IMG/VR virus record: IMGVR_UViG_3300037470_000374
Span: 1-32,320 of that record
Strand: one strand, 5' to 3'
Length of the DNA stretch: 32,320 nt
Source: a virus
Lineage: Duplodnaviria; Caudoviricetes
Below are positions 17,236 through 25,753 of the stretch, one piece after another. A program made the translations under genes and the position numbers. Positions within the stretch are counted from its first letter, which is position 1. The number at the start of each line of letters is the position of its first letter. Under the pieces are notes generated by a model. That model worked only from the letters and a program-made list of their open reading frames with translations. It had not been told where the DNA came from and ran no database searches.

Positions 17236-18314
17236 AGGAAATTCACGTGCGTCGGCGTCGCCAACAGGGCGGTGATGTTCTCGTTCTTCTTGACGAGAGG
17301 ACAGGATCGACACGTCCTGGCGTCGAAGTCTGCGATCGCCCGTTCCTTGCCGGCCGAGGAGAACCAGGCCCGGAGGCTCGTCTCCCGCAGATCGCCGATC
17401 TCGCCCGCCTGCGAATAGGCGACGTAGCAGCAGCGATAGACCTTCTGGTTGCCGCCGATGTAGATGACGACCTGCTGGAAGCCGCAGAAGCTGCCGGACA
17501 TCCGCTTGCTGAGTGCCGCGTCGAACTGGTCGAAGACCTCGAAAGTGGGTGTCCGGAGCGCCTGGCAGGCCCGTACGCTGGCCCTGGCGGCTTCGAGCTT
17601 GTCGCCATAGACTGCCACGTCCTCGGTACTCTGCATCGACGCCAGGCGGACGTAGGCCGCGCCAGTGCTGCGCAGCAGCTCCACGGCTTGCGGCGTGCTC
17701 GGATAGAACTCCGGCGTTACGACGTAGCCCGTGCCGACCACACAGCCCGCGCCCTGCCGCTTCACCTCGTCAACGAGGACCCGGATGTTATCCAGTACCT
17801 TATGGAAGACTTCCGGCCGTGTCTGCCGAATGGCCGAGTACTCTGCCTCCGTGGCGCCGTCGAAGCTGAAGCGAACGTAAGTGAACCGCGGCAGGATGCG
17901 CTCCCAGCCCTTGCGGAGCACCATGCCGTTGGTGTTGAGCGCGCATTCGAGGCCACGGTCAAGCGCGTGCTCGAACATTTCGAGGTGGTCGGGATGCGCC
18001 GTCGGTTCCCCACCACCGGTCCAGGTGATCGACTTGACACCAAGATCGGCCGCGTCGTCGAGGATCGCCCGCAGCTTCGCGGACGGGATCATGCGCATGG
18101 GGTTGTGGGTAGGGTTGCCATGCTTGTCGAGCCCGCCGAACTGTTGAACGGATAGCCCGGTCGGCGATCGATACGCGCAATACCGACAGCTCGCCTGGCA
18201 AAAGTCCGACGGGACAAGCTGGATATTGACGGGAACGGCCTGCCGTCCCTTGCGCATCTCATCCAGTCGATCGCCATGAAAGACGATCTTGTCCGTCGAG
18301 TACGCATTGCCCAT
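17232..18314 (-). CDS. Radical SAM enzyme with C-terminal SPASM/twitch domain
   Basis: CQASCRYC (CxxxCxxC), TGGGEP, LNTNG, and C-terminal FCG...GNQKVYRCC...IGDL...CRSCP auxiliary cluster cysteines. Confidence 0.95.
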   Translation of the reverse strand: MGNAYSTDKIVFHGDRLDEMRKGRQAVPVNIQLVPSDFCQASCRYCAYRSPTGLSVQQFGGLDKHGNPTHNPMRMIPSAKLRAILDDAADLGVKSITWTGGGEPTAHPDHLEMFEHALDRGLECALNTNGMVLRKGWERILPRFTYVRFSFDGATEAEYSAIRQTRPEVFHKVLDNIRVLVDEVKRQGAGCVVGTGYVVTPEFYPSTPQAVELLRSTGAAYVRLASMQSTEDVAVYGDKLEAARASVRACQALRTPTFEVFDQFDAALSKRMSGSFCGFQQVVIYIGGNQKVYRCCYVAYSQAGEIGDLRETSLRAWFSSAGKERAIADFDARTCRSCPLVKKNENITALLATPTHVNFL

Positions 18315-18328
18315 GCGGGAGCCGTCCT

Positions 18329-18360
18329 AAAAAGGAGGCCGGGGCTCACACCCCGGCCCC
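18329..18360 (-). terminator. Rho-independent terminator after the capsid/decoration genes
   Basis: Minus strand reads GGGGCCGGGG-tgtgag-CCCCGGCCTC-CTTTTT. Confidence 0.85.
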
Positions 18361-18367
18361 GTTGACG

Positions 18368-18664
18368 TTAGTCGCCCGAGGTTATGCCCCAGCCGGTCAG
18401 GTCGTTGGAGAGATTGACCACCCCAGCGGCAGAAACCCCGTACACGATGTGGCGACCGACGTCGCTGATCGTGCCGGTGCGGATGGCGGTCGCCCACACG
18501 ACGACCTCGATGATATCGCCAACCCGAAGGTTGACGGTGTCATCGCTGTTGTTCATGTAGCCGTTGTCATCCACGTCCGTGAGGACGTCGAGGGTGTCGT
18601 AGCGATACAGCCCGAAGCCATTCGCCTGGGCCATAAGGCTGAGATTGGCTGCATTGAAAGCCAT
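18368..18664 (-). CDS. Putative capsid decoration/cement protein
   Basis: 98 aa, immediately after the capsid gene, strong RBS (AAAGGAG), beta-rich, with a GYMNN...LRVGDII motif recalled from this slot. Confidence 0.65.
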   Translation of the reverse strand: MAFNAANLSLMAQANGFGLYRYDTLDVLTDVDDNGYMNNSDDTVNLRVGDIIEVVVWATAIRTGTISDVGRHIVYGVSAAGVVNLSNDLTGWGITSGD

Positions 18665-18685
18665 GATGGTGCTCCTTTCTCTGCC

Positions 18686-19564
18686 TTACGAAACCGGGAT
18701 GGCTTCGTTGTCGTCGTGCGTCATCTCGACGACGCCCGTCGCGTCGATGAGCGCGGCGCCGCCGGCCATCGAGTGGTTGACGAAGTGCGCGACGCGCTCG
18801 CCGTTCCACCAGATGTCGGCGCCGACGCCGGACTTGCCGCCCGTGGCCGCGACGTTGCCGCCGAAGCCGTTGGCCGCGTAGCCGATCGCCGTCTTGTGCC
18901 AGCCGAAGTTCTTGGCCTCATTGGTGCCGACGCCCGGCAGGCCCGTGTGCATGGACCAGAGGGCGCCGTTCCAGCGCTTGACCATCGGGCCCATCATGAA
19001 GGGCCGGTCGGTCACGTAGTCGGTCGAGGCGAACTCCTTGACCGTCATCGCCATCGCCCAGAGCAGCGGCGTGATGAAGCAGTAGACCTGCCCGTCGTTC
19101 GGCACGTCGTTGCTCCACAGCTTCTGCACCATGGTCAGCAGGCCGTTGCGGATCGCCGCCGAGGACGTGACGGTGATCGAGCCCGTGGTGGACGTGCCGT
19201 CCGCCACGGTGATGATCTGCTCGTCGACCTTCCGGCCGAGCGCGTAGGCGCCGCCATTGGCGATCACCATGCGCTCGTCGATGTTGGTCTTCGCCTCGTC
19301 GAGCTTGTCGACATAGTCGCCGGCATAGAAGTCGCTGATCGTGCACTCGACCGGCGTGTGGGCCTGGTTCATCGGCGTGACGATGCCGTGGCGGGACTTG
19401 GTCGTCGCCGTGCCCTTGCCGACCTTCTGGAACGTGGTCGAGGCGCCGACGACGTCCATCTTGGTGCGGACAGTGTTCAGCATCTGCGAACCCTGCCGCT
19501 GGAACGCCTGGTGGACGTCCCTTTCGTACTGCTTGATGAAAGCCTGATCGATTGAGGTGCTCAC
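18686..19564 (-). CDS. Major capsid protein (T7 gp10A-like), 292 aa
   Basis: GTG at 19564 with RBS GATGGAG. STSIDQAFIKQYERDVHQAFQRQGS, TFQKVGKG, DYVDKLDE, AYALGRKVDEQII, WHKTAIG, GAALIDATGVV. Confidence 0.93.
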   Translation of the reverse strand: MSTSIDQAFIKQYERDVHQAFQRQGSQMLNTVRTKMDVVGASTTFQKVGKGTATTKSRHGIVTPMNQAHTPVECTISDFYAGDYVDKLDEAKTNIDERMVIANGGAYALGRKVDEQIITVADGTSTTGSITVTSSAAIRNGLLTMVQKLWSNDVPNDGQVYCFITPLLWAMAMTVKEFASTDYVTDRPFMMGPMVKRWNGALWSMHTGLPGVGTNEAKNFGWHKTAIGYAANGFGGNVAATGGKSGVGADIWWNGERVAHFVNHSMAGGAALIDATGVVEMTHDDNEAIPVS

Positions 19565-19591
19565 AGCACATCTCCATCTTGAGAGTTGCGG

Positions 19592-19757
19592 GAGCACGTC
19601 GCGTAGTGGGCCAAGCGGATGCGCCGCGGTGGGCCCCTCGGGGGTCGCGGTTTGGTCGGCTCGGGGTACTTGACGTGACGGGGTAGGAGTCCGCCGGCGC
19701 GGGTCGCTCAGGGAGCGGTGGGCCGCGTCATGCGGGTACGGCCGCGCGAGGCGGCCG
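19592..19757 (-). ncRNA. Putative structured cis-regulatory leader of the capsid gene
   Basis: Several GC stems and three copies of a GA-CC / GG-CCCAC internal loop in the scaffold-capsid intergenic region (see findings). Confidence 0.55.
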
Positions 19758-19761
19758 GATT

Positions 19762-20703
19762 CTATTGGGCGGCGGTGCCGTAAAGCTTCTGCGCCAGCTC
19801 GTTGCGCTCGCCGTCCAGCTTCTGCGCCGTGTCGCGGTCACCCTTGGCGAGCGCGTCGTGGATCTTCTTGGTGAGGTCATCCATCGTGGCCTCGGCATCC
19901 TTTGCCGCCTTGCCGTCGAGGCCGATGACCATGCCGTGCTCGTCCATCTTGCGGCCGATCGCGGCGAAGGCGCGGACGTACTCGGGATGCGCCGATGCCT
20001 TGATGCCATCGATGCGCGTGCGCTCCATGATCTCGACCAGCCGATCGCCGCCGAAGGCCCGGACGGCCCGGTTGGCGTGCTGCTCGTTCACCGCGTACTC
20101 GGCCGGCCCGCCATATTCGGCGGTGAGATCGGTCTTGGTCTTCTCGACCGCGGCCGTGTCGCGCGCCGCCTGGGCCTTCTCGCCGTCGGCCAGCGCCTGA
20201 TAGTAGAGGTCGGCCACCGCTTGGACGGTCTCGGGCGGCGCGTGCCGCTCGTGCAGGGCCCTGGCGATCATGCCCTCGACTGCGGCCGCGCCGGTCTCGT
20301 CGATCGCCTCGGGCAGCTGCTCGGGCCGGGTGATCTTGTACTCCTCGAATTTCTCCGGGACGTTGAAGCGCTTGCGGAACTCCGCCACCTCTTCGGGCTT
20401 CGCGTCCTTGCCCGGTGCGGCGATAGGCGCGCGCGCCTTCTGGAAGAACGTGTAGCCCGCCTTCACCGCCTCGGCCGCGCTCGTGAAGCGCTCGGCGAAC
20501 TTCTTGTGCTCCGGGTCCGTGATGCCGGCGCGCCAGTCGGTGGGTTCGGGGGCTGGCGTCGGGCTCGGAGCGGGCTCGGGTGAAGGCGCGGGCGCAGGAG
20601 CTGGCGCTGGCGACGGAGCGGGAGAAGGAGTCGGCTCGGGCGCCGGCGAAGGCGCGGGGGTCGGGCTCGGCGCCGGGCTCGGCGTCGGAGTCGGATCGGG
20701 CAT
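19762..20703 (-). CDS. Capsid scaffolding/assembly protein
   Basis: Position between Bbp19-like and capsid genes, Pro-rich N-terminus, DWRAGI...EFRKRFNVPEKFEEY...HPEYVRAFAAIG...LYG pattern, RBS CAGGAG. Confidence 0.85.
   Translation of the reverse strand: MPDPTPTPSPAPSPTPAPSPAPEPTPSPAPSPAPAPAPAPSPEPAPSPTPAPEPTDWRAGITDPEHKKFAERFTSAAEAVKAGYTFFQKARAPIAAPGKDAKPEEVAEFRKRFNVPEKFEEYKITRPEQLPEAIDETGAAAVEGMIARALHERHAPPETVQAVADLYYQALADGEKAQAARDTAAVEKTKTDLTAEYGGPAEYAVNEQHANRAVRAFGGDRLVEIMERTRIDGIKASAHPEYVRAFAAIGRKMDEHGMVIGLDGKAAKDAEATMDDLTKKIHDALAKGDRDTAQKLDGERNELAQKLYGTAAQ
20538..20700 (-). repeat. Low-complexity Pro-Ala/Ser/Thr coding repeat (PTPSPAPSPTPAP...)
   Basis: About 54 codons of alternating Pro-X at the scaffold N-terminus. 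Confidence 0.85.
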
Positions 20704-20717
20704 GGTCGCTCCTGTCG

Positions 20718-21026
20718 TTAGGTTGCCGGCCCCTTGGGCTCGGCGTTGAGCGCGGTCATGATGTCGAGCGCCAGTTCGCGGCGCCCCGTGTAGCGCTGCA
20801 AGGCCTCGCTATCGGCCGGGATGCTCTCGACCGCGTCGTAGAGCCCGCCCCAGCCCAGGATGCTCATCAGCACGCGCTGACCGGCGGGCGAGCCGTAGAA
20901 GACCGCGCGGAAATCCCGGTAGCGGTCGGTCTCGTTGTAGTCGGCGCCGAAATTCGTGCGGCGCAGCTCGTCGAGGAAGCGCGTCGGATCGGGCCGGCCG
21001 AGCCGTCGCCAGGGCCAGCGGATCAC
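20718..21026 (-). CDS. Bbp19-like small head-region protein, 102 aa
   Basis: GTG at 21026 overlaps the portal stop. DFRAVFYGSPAGQRVL...TGRRELALDI matches the F..P.G..VL...GRR...L.I pattern. Confidence 0.8.
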   Translation of the reverse strand: MIRWPWRRLGRPDPTRFLDELRRTNFGADYNETDRYRDFRAVFYGSPAGQRVLMSILGWGGLYDAVESIPADSEALQRYTGRRELALDIMTALNAEPKGPAT

Positions 21027-22678
21027 GCCCCACCCTGCCCGGCCTTGGCCAAGTCGGCCACGCCCGCGCCCGCGTCCTTGAGGCCGCCCGCCGCCTGCTC
21101 GGCCATCGCCAGCGCCGCCTGGGCCTGCTGCGCCTGGGCGCGCTGCTGGCGGCGATGCTCGACCTGATCCTTGGGCCTGATCTGCTTGGCCGGCATGCCC
21201 ATGACCTCGGCCGTGCTGCGCGCGATCTCGTCGGCGTCGAAATTGTCCATGACGCCCGGATCGGCTTCGATGAACGGCGCGATCACCTGGACGGTGCGGG
21301 TCGCCGCCATGGCCTCGATCTGCTTGCGCACGACCTCGATCGGGCTGCGGACCTCGACCCGCACGCCGCCGCGCTTCAGCGCTTCGGGCGGATCGGCGAA
21401 GGCACCGGCATGGAGCATGATGTCGAACACGCGCCGGCCCGTCGCCGCCGGGTAGTCGGCCTCGAGCCGGCTGAACACCGGGCCGGCCGTGCGCAGCATC
21501 TCTTCCTTGCGCTCCGCGATCTCGAAAGCCGTCATCTGCGGCGCGTCGATCGGCAGGTTGAGCACGTTGCGGAAGAACGCGGCCCACACGAGCTCGCGGC
21601 CGTCCTGCTGCATCTCGCGCGCCAGCGGGATCTGGGCGCCGGAGACGAAGGGGAAGATCGGCGGGCGCCCGCCCAGCTTGGCCGCGGCCTCGATGTCGTA
21701 GATCGTCGTCTTGCCCGGCATGAGCCGCTCGCGCCCCACAATCGAATCGTTAGCCGCCAGGCGCGGCGGGTCGACCGCCATATGTCCGGCGCGCAGGATG
21801 GTCTTGCCCTGCGACTGGAGGGTCTTCGCGTCCGGCAGGGCGACGCGGCCCGGGCCCCAGCCGTATTCCTCGTCGGCGCTCGCATCCCACTGCGGCACGA
21901 TGAACGGGAAGGTGCGGAACCCGCCCTCGCCGACCAGATGGCCGGACTGCTCCTCGACGACGCGCGAGCGAAAGCGCATGTTCATGTCGTCGGCGCGGCC
22001 GGGCTTGCGATCCGTGCGCGGCTCGACGGCCTGCCAGAAGGTGAATTCCCGGTCCGGCTCGGGCTTCGGGCCCGTCAGGGCCTCTCGGACCTTCTCGCCG
22101 ACCTTGTCCTCGCCGAAGCGCTGCACGGCTTGGCGGGCCGTGAGGCGGATGCGCAGATAGACGGTGTCGAGCACGCCGTCCTCGGAGCGCGCGACCAGGA
22201 TGTCCCGCAGATGGAGGGCGCGGAACGACAGGCGGCGCCGGTCCCCGCTCTCGCCCGCGTACATGGCGCCGGTGCCGAACACCGTCACGTCCTGATCGAC
22301 GACCCCCGTTGACGGCAGGAAGCGCGCCATCGGGTTGTACATCGCCGCCTGCATCCGCTCCTCGGTATCGTTGAGCCAGGCCTTGACGTCGTCCATCTCG
22401 GCCGCGCGCTTGTCCGCCGGCTTGACGAACAGCCACTTCTGCGTCTTCGGCATCAGGAGCGTGCCGACTGCGCCGGCGAGCATCCGGGCGCCCTGCATGG
22501 GCGTCGAGTCGTAGACCTCGCTCGTGCGCTTGCTGCCCGGCGCGGTTTGGGTGATGAAGTTCGCCCGCTGCGGCAGCATGACGTCGGCCATTTCCTGCCA
22601 GGTCGTCAGGAACATGCCGCGCTTCGCCTCAAGCGCCTTGGCCCGATCGCAGATTTCCTTGGCGTCCGTGCTGTCCAA
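21023..22678 (-). CDS. Portal protein (head-to-tail connector, T7 gp8/BPP-1-like)
   Basis: WQEMADVMLP, YDST, VFGTG, YGWGPGRVALPDAKTL, MTAFEIAERKEE. 551 aa, TTG start with RBS GAGG. Confidence 0.95.
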   Translation of the reverse strand: MDSTDAKEICDRAKALEAKRGMFLTTWQEMADVMLPQRANFITQTAPGSKRTSEVYDSTPMQGARMLAGAVGTLLMPKTQKWLFVKPADKRAAEMDDVKAWLNDTEERMQAAMYNPMARFLPSTGVVDQDVTVFGTGAMYAGESGDRRRLSFRALHLRDILVARSEDGVLDTVYLRIRLTARQAVQRFGEDKVGEKVREALTGPKPEPDREFTFWQAVEPRTDRKPGRADDMNMRFRSRVVEEQSGHLVGEGGFRTFPFIVPQWDASADEEYGWGPGRVALPDAKTLQSQGKTILRAGHMAVDPPRLAANDSIVGRERLMPGKTTIYDIEAAAKLGGRPPIFPFVSGAQIPLAREMQQDGRELVWAAFFRNVLNLPIDAPQMTAFEIAERKEEMLRTAGPVFSRLEADYPAATGRRVFDIMLHAGAFADPPEALKRGGVRVEVRSPIEVVRKQIEAMAATRTVQVIAPFIEADPGVMDNFDADEIARSTAEVMGMPAKQIRPKDQVEHRRQQRAQAQQAQAALAMAEQAAGGLKDAGAGVADLAKAGQGGA

Positions 22679-22685
22679 TGCGACC

Positions 22686-22895
22686 TCAGTTGATCAGGCG
22701 GCCGGGTGTGCGGAGGAACATGGGTTGCATGACGGCGCCGCCGGGAATGGGCGGTGTTGCGGAGAAGCCCGAATAGCCCCAGCCGGCTTGAGCCCGCCAC
22801 TCGGCATCGGGGGCCGCATTGGGCGTGACGCCGACGGCGAATGTGGGCAGGAGCGCCGCGACGTTCCGGCGCTTCTCCGCGCTATCTATCGCCAT
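22686..22895 (-). CDS. Hypothetical protein (69 aa)
   Basis: In-operon ORF, MAIDSAEKRR..., 2-nt gap from the upstream stop. Confidence 0.65.
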   Translation of the reverse strand: MAIDSAEKRRNVAALLPTFAVGVTPNAAPDAEWRAQAGWGYSGFSATPPIPGGAVMQPMFLRTPGRLIN

Positions 22896-22897
22896 GA

Positions 22898-23698
22898 CTA
22901 CGGAGCGTTCAGTTCGGATTCGCTGTAGGTTGTGCCGTCGTCGCTCAAATCCTTCTCAGCGTCGGCGACGGCGCTGTCGTTGTAGAACGTCTTCTTGGTC
23001 GCCGTGACGTCGATCTGGTTGCGCATCCACTTGAACACGTAGTTGACCTTGGCAGAGAGCGAGACATTGGCGGCCGGCACGCCAGCGGGCTCAGCCTGCG
23101 CATCAGTTGAGAGCGCGTCGACGACCTCGGCGTTGACCTGAGCGGAGGACACGTCGTTGAAGCCCGTAACCCCCGTGCCCTTCGCGAGGACGATGTTCGT
23201 TCCTGCGGTGAGAAGCCGGGTCGCAACAGACCACACCGCATCGAAGGCGCCGGCCGCAAATTTCGCCGCCGTGAAAGCGCCCGAGGCGATCGCGGTCGCG
23301 GTCAGGACGCCACTCGCCATAGCGCCGACCGAGGCGTCGACCCGGCCCGACACCAGCGCCGCCGGAAGACGGGCCGCGGAGGCGCTGCGATCAAGCGTGA
23401 ACTCGCCGACCACTTCGCCGACCACAGAAACGCTGTCGACCGTCCCGGCGGTCAGGACCAGATAGTAGGTCGAGCCCGCGGCGTAGCCGTTGCCGACGGT
23501 GCCGACCACGCGGATGTTGTTCAGGCCCGTCACGCTGTCGAAGCTCGCGGAGAGCGTCAGGCCGGCCGTCAACTGCGTCGTCGAGTTGTCCGGGTAGGCC
23601 GCGACCGCACCGCTCACCAAGGCCGTCGGGATGCCGGTCGCAAAGGCGCGGGTTGTGAATTTTACGTCGAAACTGGAGCCAACCGGATAGTCGGTCAT
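22898..23698 (-). CDS. Ala/Thr/Ser-rich putative virion-associated protein (266 aa)
   Basis: Beta-sandwich-like N-terminus, fibre-like AIASGAFTAAKFAAGA repeats, ATGA coupling. Confidence 0.7.
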   Translation of the reverse strand: MTDYPVGSSFDVKFTTRAFATGIPTALVSGAVAAYPDNSTTQLTAGLTLSASFDSVTGLNNIRVVGTVGNGYAAGSTYYLVLTAGTVDSVSVVGEVVGEFTLDRSASAARLPAALVSGRVDASVGAMASGVLTATAIASGAFTAAKFAAGAFDAVWSVATRLLTAGTNIVLAKGTGVTGFNDVSSAQVNAEVVDALSTDAQAEPAGVPAANVSLSAKVNYVFKWMRNQIDVTATKKTFYNDSAVADAEKDLSDDGTTYSESELNAP

Positions 23699-24498
23699 GC
23701 GCGCGCCTCAAAGAGTTTCCGCGTGACCGGCACCCACAGGCGCTTTTCCGGTACGATGATCTTCTTGCCCGCCAGCCCGCCGCCCGGCCCGGCGATGCCG
23801 CCCCGGCCCGCCAACCCACCCGAACCGGCAAGGCTGCTCATGATGCGCCCGCCGGCCGGTGCTTCCTCTGCTGGGATCAGCGCGAAGGCCCGGCCCGTGA
23901 ACTCGTTGCCGCCCGTCCATCCGAGGGCGATGCTGGTCTCGACGATCGCCCGATTGCCCCAGCACATCCCGTAGGAATCGACGAGGATATCGAACCGCTC
24001 CGTCGTGTTCGCATTCGGTGTGTGGGCGCTGTCGTCGACATCGAAGCCGACAACGATCCCGTAGTCCCCTGACACGACAGGAGAGAGCGTCAGGCTTATC
24101 GACGAGCCGAAAGTGTGGTCCGAGGCATTGGCCCGGATCGCATCGGTATCGGCTGACCCCTGATGAACCCCGGAGAACGACTGCCAGCCTATGAGCGGGG
24201 CGCCGTCGAACGAACCTGTCGAGAAGTTGACGACCAGGTTATTAGACCCGCTGGCCTGGTTGCGCAGCCCGTAGACGGCATAGCCGTTGGCCACATCGCC
24301 CGTGCCGACGAACAACTGCGTCATGTCGACGCCGGCATACTGGATCAGCGAGGGCACGGCGACGCCGACGAAAGACGTGTTGATCGCTATAGTAGCGACG
24401 ACCAGATACCGATTGTCGCCTGTCCCTACATCGACCGCGTTGGTGTTGTTCTGGCTGACGGTCTGGTCATTGCCAGGCGTGCCGGGGACGATGGCCAT
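23695..24498 (-). CDS. Beta-rich putative virion surface protein (267 aa)
   Basis: Gly/Ser/Thr/Asn-rich beta domain followed by a Gly-rich tail (SLAGSGGLAGRGGIAGPGGGLAG). TGATG coupling. Confidence 0.7.
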   Translation of the reverse strand: MAIVPGTPGNDQTVSQNNTNAVDVGTGDNRYLVVATIAINTSFVGVAVPSLIQYAGVDMTQLFVGTGDVANGYAVYGLRNQASGSNNLVVNFSTGSFDGAPLIGWQSFSGVHQGSADTDAIRANASDHTFGSSISLTLSPVVSGDYGIVVGFDVDDSAHTPNANTTERFDILVDSYGMCWGNRAIVETSIALGWTGGNEFTGRAFALIPAEEAPAGGRIMSSLAGSGGLAGRGGIAGPGGGLAGKKIIVPEKRLWVPVTRKLFEARA

Positions 24499-24830
24499 CA
24501 GCCGCGCTTCAACTCGTTCGTACTAAGTGCCTCGTCTATCGTCTTGCCGACACGGAGACCCCGGCTGATGACCCTTTCCAGCCAAGCACTCTCCGCAGAG
24601 TCCTCTACGTCATGCTGGACGACAGCCAGCAGGCGGGCGGCGGCGTGAAAGTCCGCGACACTCTTGCCTGGGGCAGCGTCCTTCTCGCAATTCCGGATCC
24701 AGCACAGACAACCGCCCTCGTGGTTGAAAAACGCCCGCGTGCCGTGCTTGCCCTCGCGCATTCCCATTGCGGCGCCGAAAGCCGGGCGGAACGCATCGAG
24801 CGCGCGGCGGTCGGCAAATCGCAGGATCAT
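24498..24830 (-). CDS. Hypothetical protein (110 aa)
   Basis: Fills the gap exactly and its stop overlaps the next start. Confidence 0.6.
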   Translation of the reverse strand: MILRFADRRALDAFRPAFGAAMGMREGKHGTRAFFNHEGGCLCWIRNCEKDAAPGKSVADFHAAARLLAVVQHDVEDSAESAWLERVISRGLRVGKTIDEALSTNELKRG

Positions 24831-24834
24831 GGCG

Positions 24835-25371
24835 TCAGGCGGTCAGCGCCTTGAGCTTGGCCATCCGGCCCTCGTAGTCGGCCCGGAGCGCCTCGGCCTC
24901 CTGACGCACCTTCTCCGCCGCCGCGCGGTCCTCCAGGGCCTTCCCGAGTTCGGACGCGGCCTTGCCCCGCAGCTCAGCCACCTCGGCCTCACGGGCCTTG
25001 AGCGTCTCGTCGCGGGCCTTCGTGGATTCGGCGTGCCGCGCCTTCTCGACATTGAGCGCCGCCTGCCGGTCCGTCAGCACGGCCTCGCGCCTGTCCATAT
25101 CTGCCGCGCGCTTGCTCGCCTTGGCCTCGAGCTCGGCCGCGGCCTGTGCCACGTACTGCTCGCGCTCCGTCGCCGCCTTCTCGGCTTTCTCCGCCGCGGC
25201 GATGCGCGCGTTGGCCTCGTCGATCGCTTTGACCGCCGCCTTCTGCGCGTCGACCAGCTGTTGCAGCCGGCCCTTCGCCTTATCGGCGTTGAGGATCAGG
25301 TCGATGAGGGCGAAGACTTCCGATTCCGAGCGCGGCGTGGCGCGCCCCGGCAGGTTCAGTGTTCCGACCAT
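24835..25371 (-). CDS. Coiled-coil protein (178 aa)
   Basis: Ala/Glu/Lys/Arg heptad-rich sequence, RBS GGAG. Confidence 0.75.
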   Translation of the reverse strand: MVGTLNLPGRATPRSESEVFALIDLILNADKAKGRLQQLVDAQKAAVKAIDEANARIAAAEKAEKAATEREQYVAQAAAELEAKASKRAADMDRREAVLTDRQAALNVEKARHAESTKARDETLKAREAEVAELRGKAASELGKALEDRAAAEKVRQEAEALRADYEGRMAKLKALTA

Positions 25372-25375
25372 GGCG

Positions 25376-25654
25376 CTACTCCGCGATGACGCTGATGACC
25401 CAGCCCCGGCCCTGCGATACCCAGTGATACTCGACGGCGCCGGCCGGGAGACGCTGGCTGGTGCTGAGCGCCGTCACGCTGTCGCCGATCTTGAATCGGC
25501 ACGCCGTGTCCGGGCAGATGCGGATGCGACGCGTCCGGGCATTGAACGCCACGCTGGCCGTCACCGCGCTGGTAAAGTCCACTTCCTGCTCGGTAATGAG
25601 ATCGGTCGCGACCTCGACCGCCGCGTCGTACTCGCCGATGGTGATCTTGGCCAT
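25376..25654 (-). CDS. Small beta-rich hypothetical protein (92 aa)
   Basis: RBS GAGG. TRRIRICPDTACRFKIG...RLPAGAVEY small jelly-roll-like pattern. Confidence 0.75.
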   Translation of the reverse strand: MAKITIGEYDAAVEVATDLITEQEVDFTSAVTASVAFNARTRRIRICPDTACRFKIGDSVTALSTSQRLPAGAVEYHWVSQGRGWVISVIAE

Positions 25655-25753
25655 TTATGCCTCGTTTCAACCTCTAGTTGGTACCGAGCACTGGAGAACC
25701 GGCACCCGGCCATAGCTTTCACTACCGCTGGTGGGCAAAAGTCATAAGTCCTG

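Noticed and set aside
17232-18314. QueE/7-deazaguanine, MoaA or RiPP maturase assignment for the radical SAM
   Set aside because: No queC/queD/folE/dpdA, moa genes or evident precursor peptide in the window. The only coupled neighbours are glycosyltransferases.
25655-25753. Hammerhead-like arrangement on the minus strand (CUUAUGA...weak stem...GAAA)
   Set aside because: The core deviates from CUGANGA at an essential G and I could not build convincing stems I and III. It may just be a promoter-containing spacer.
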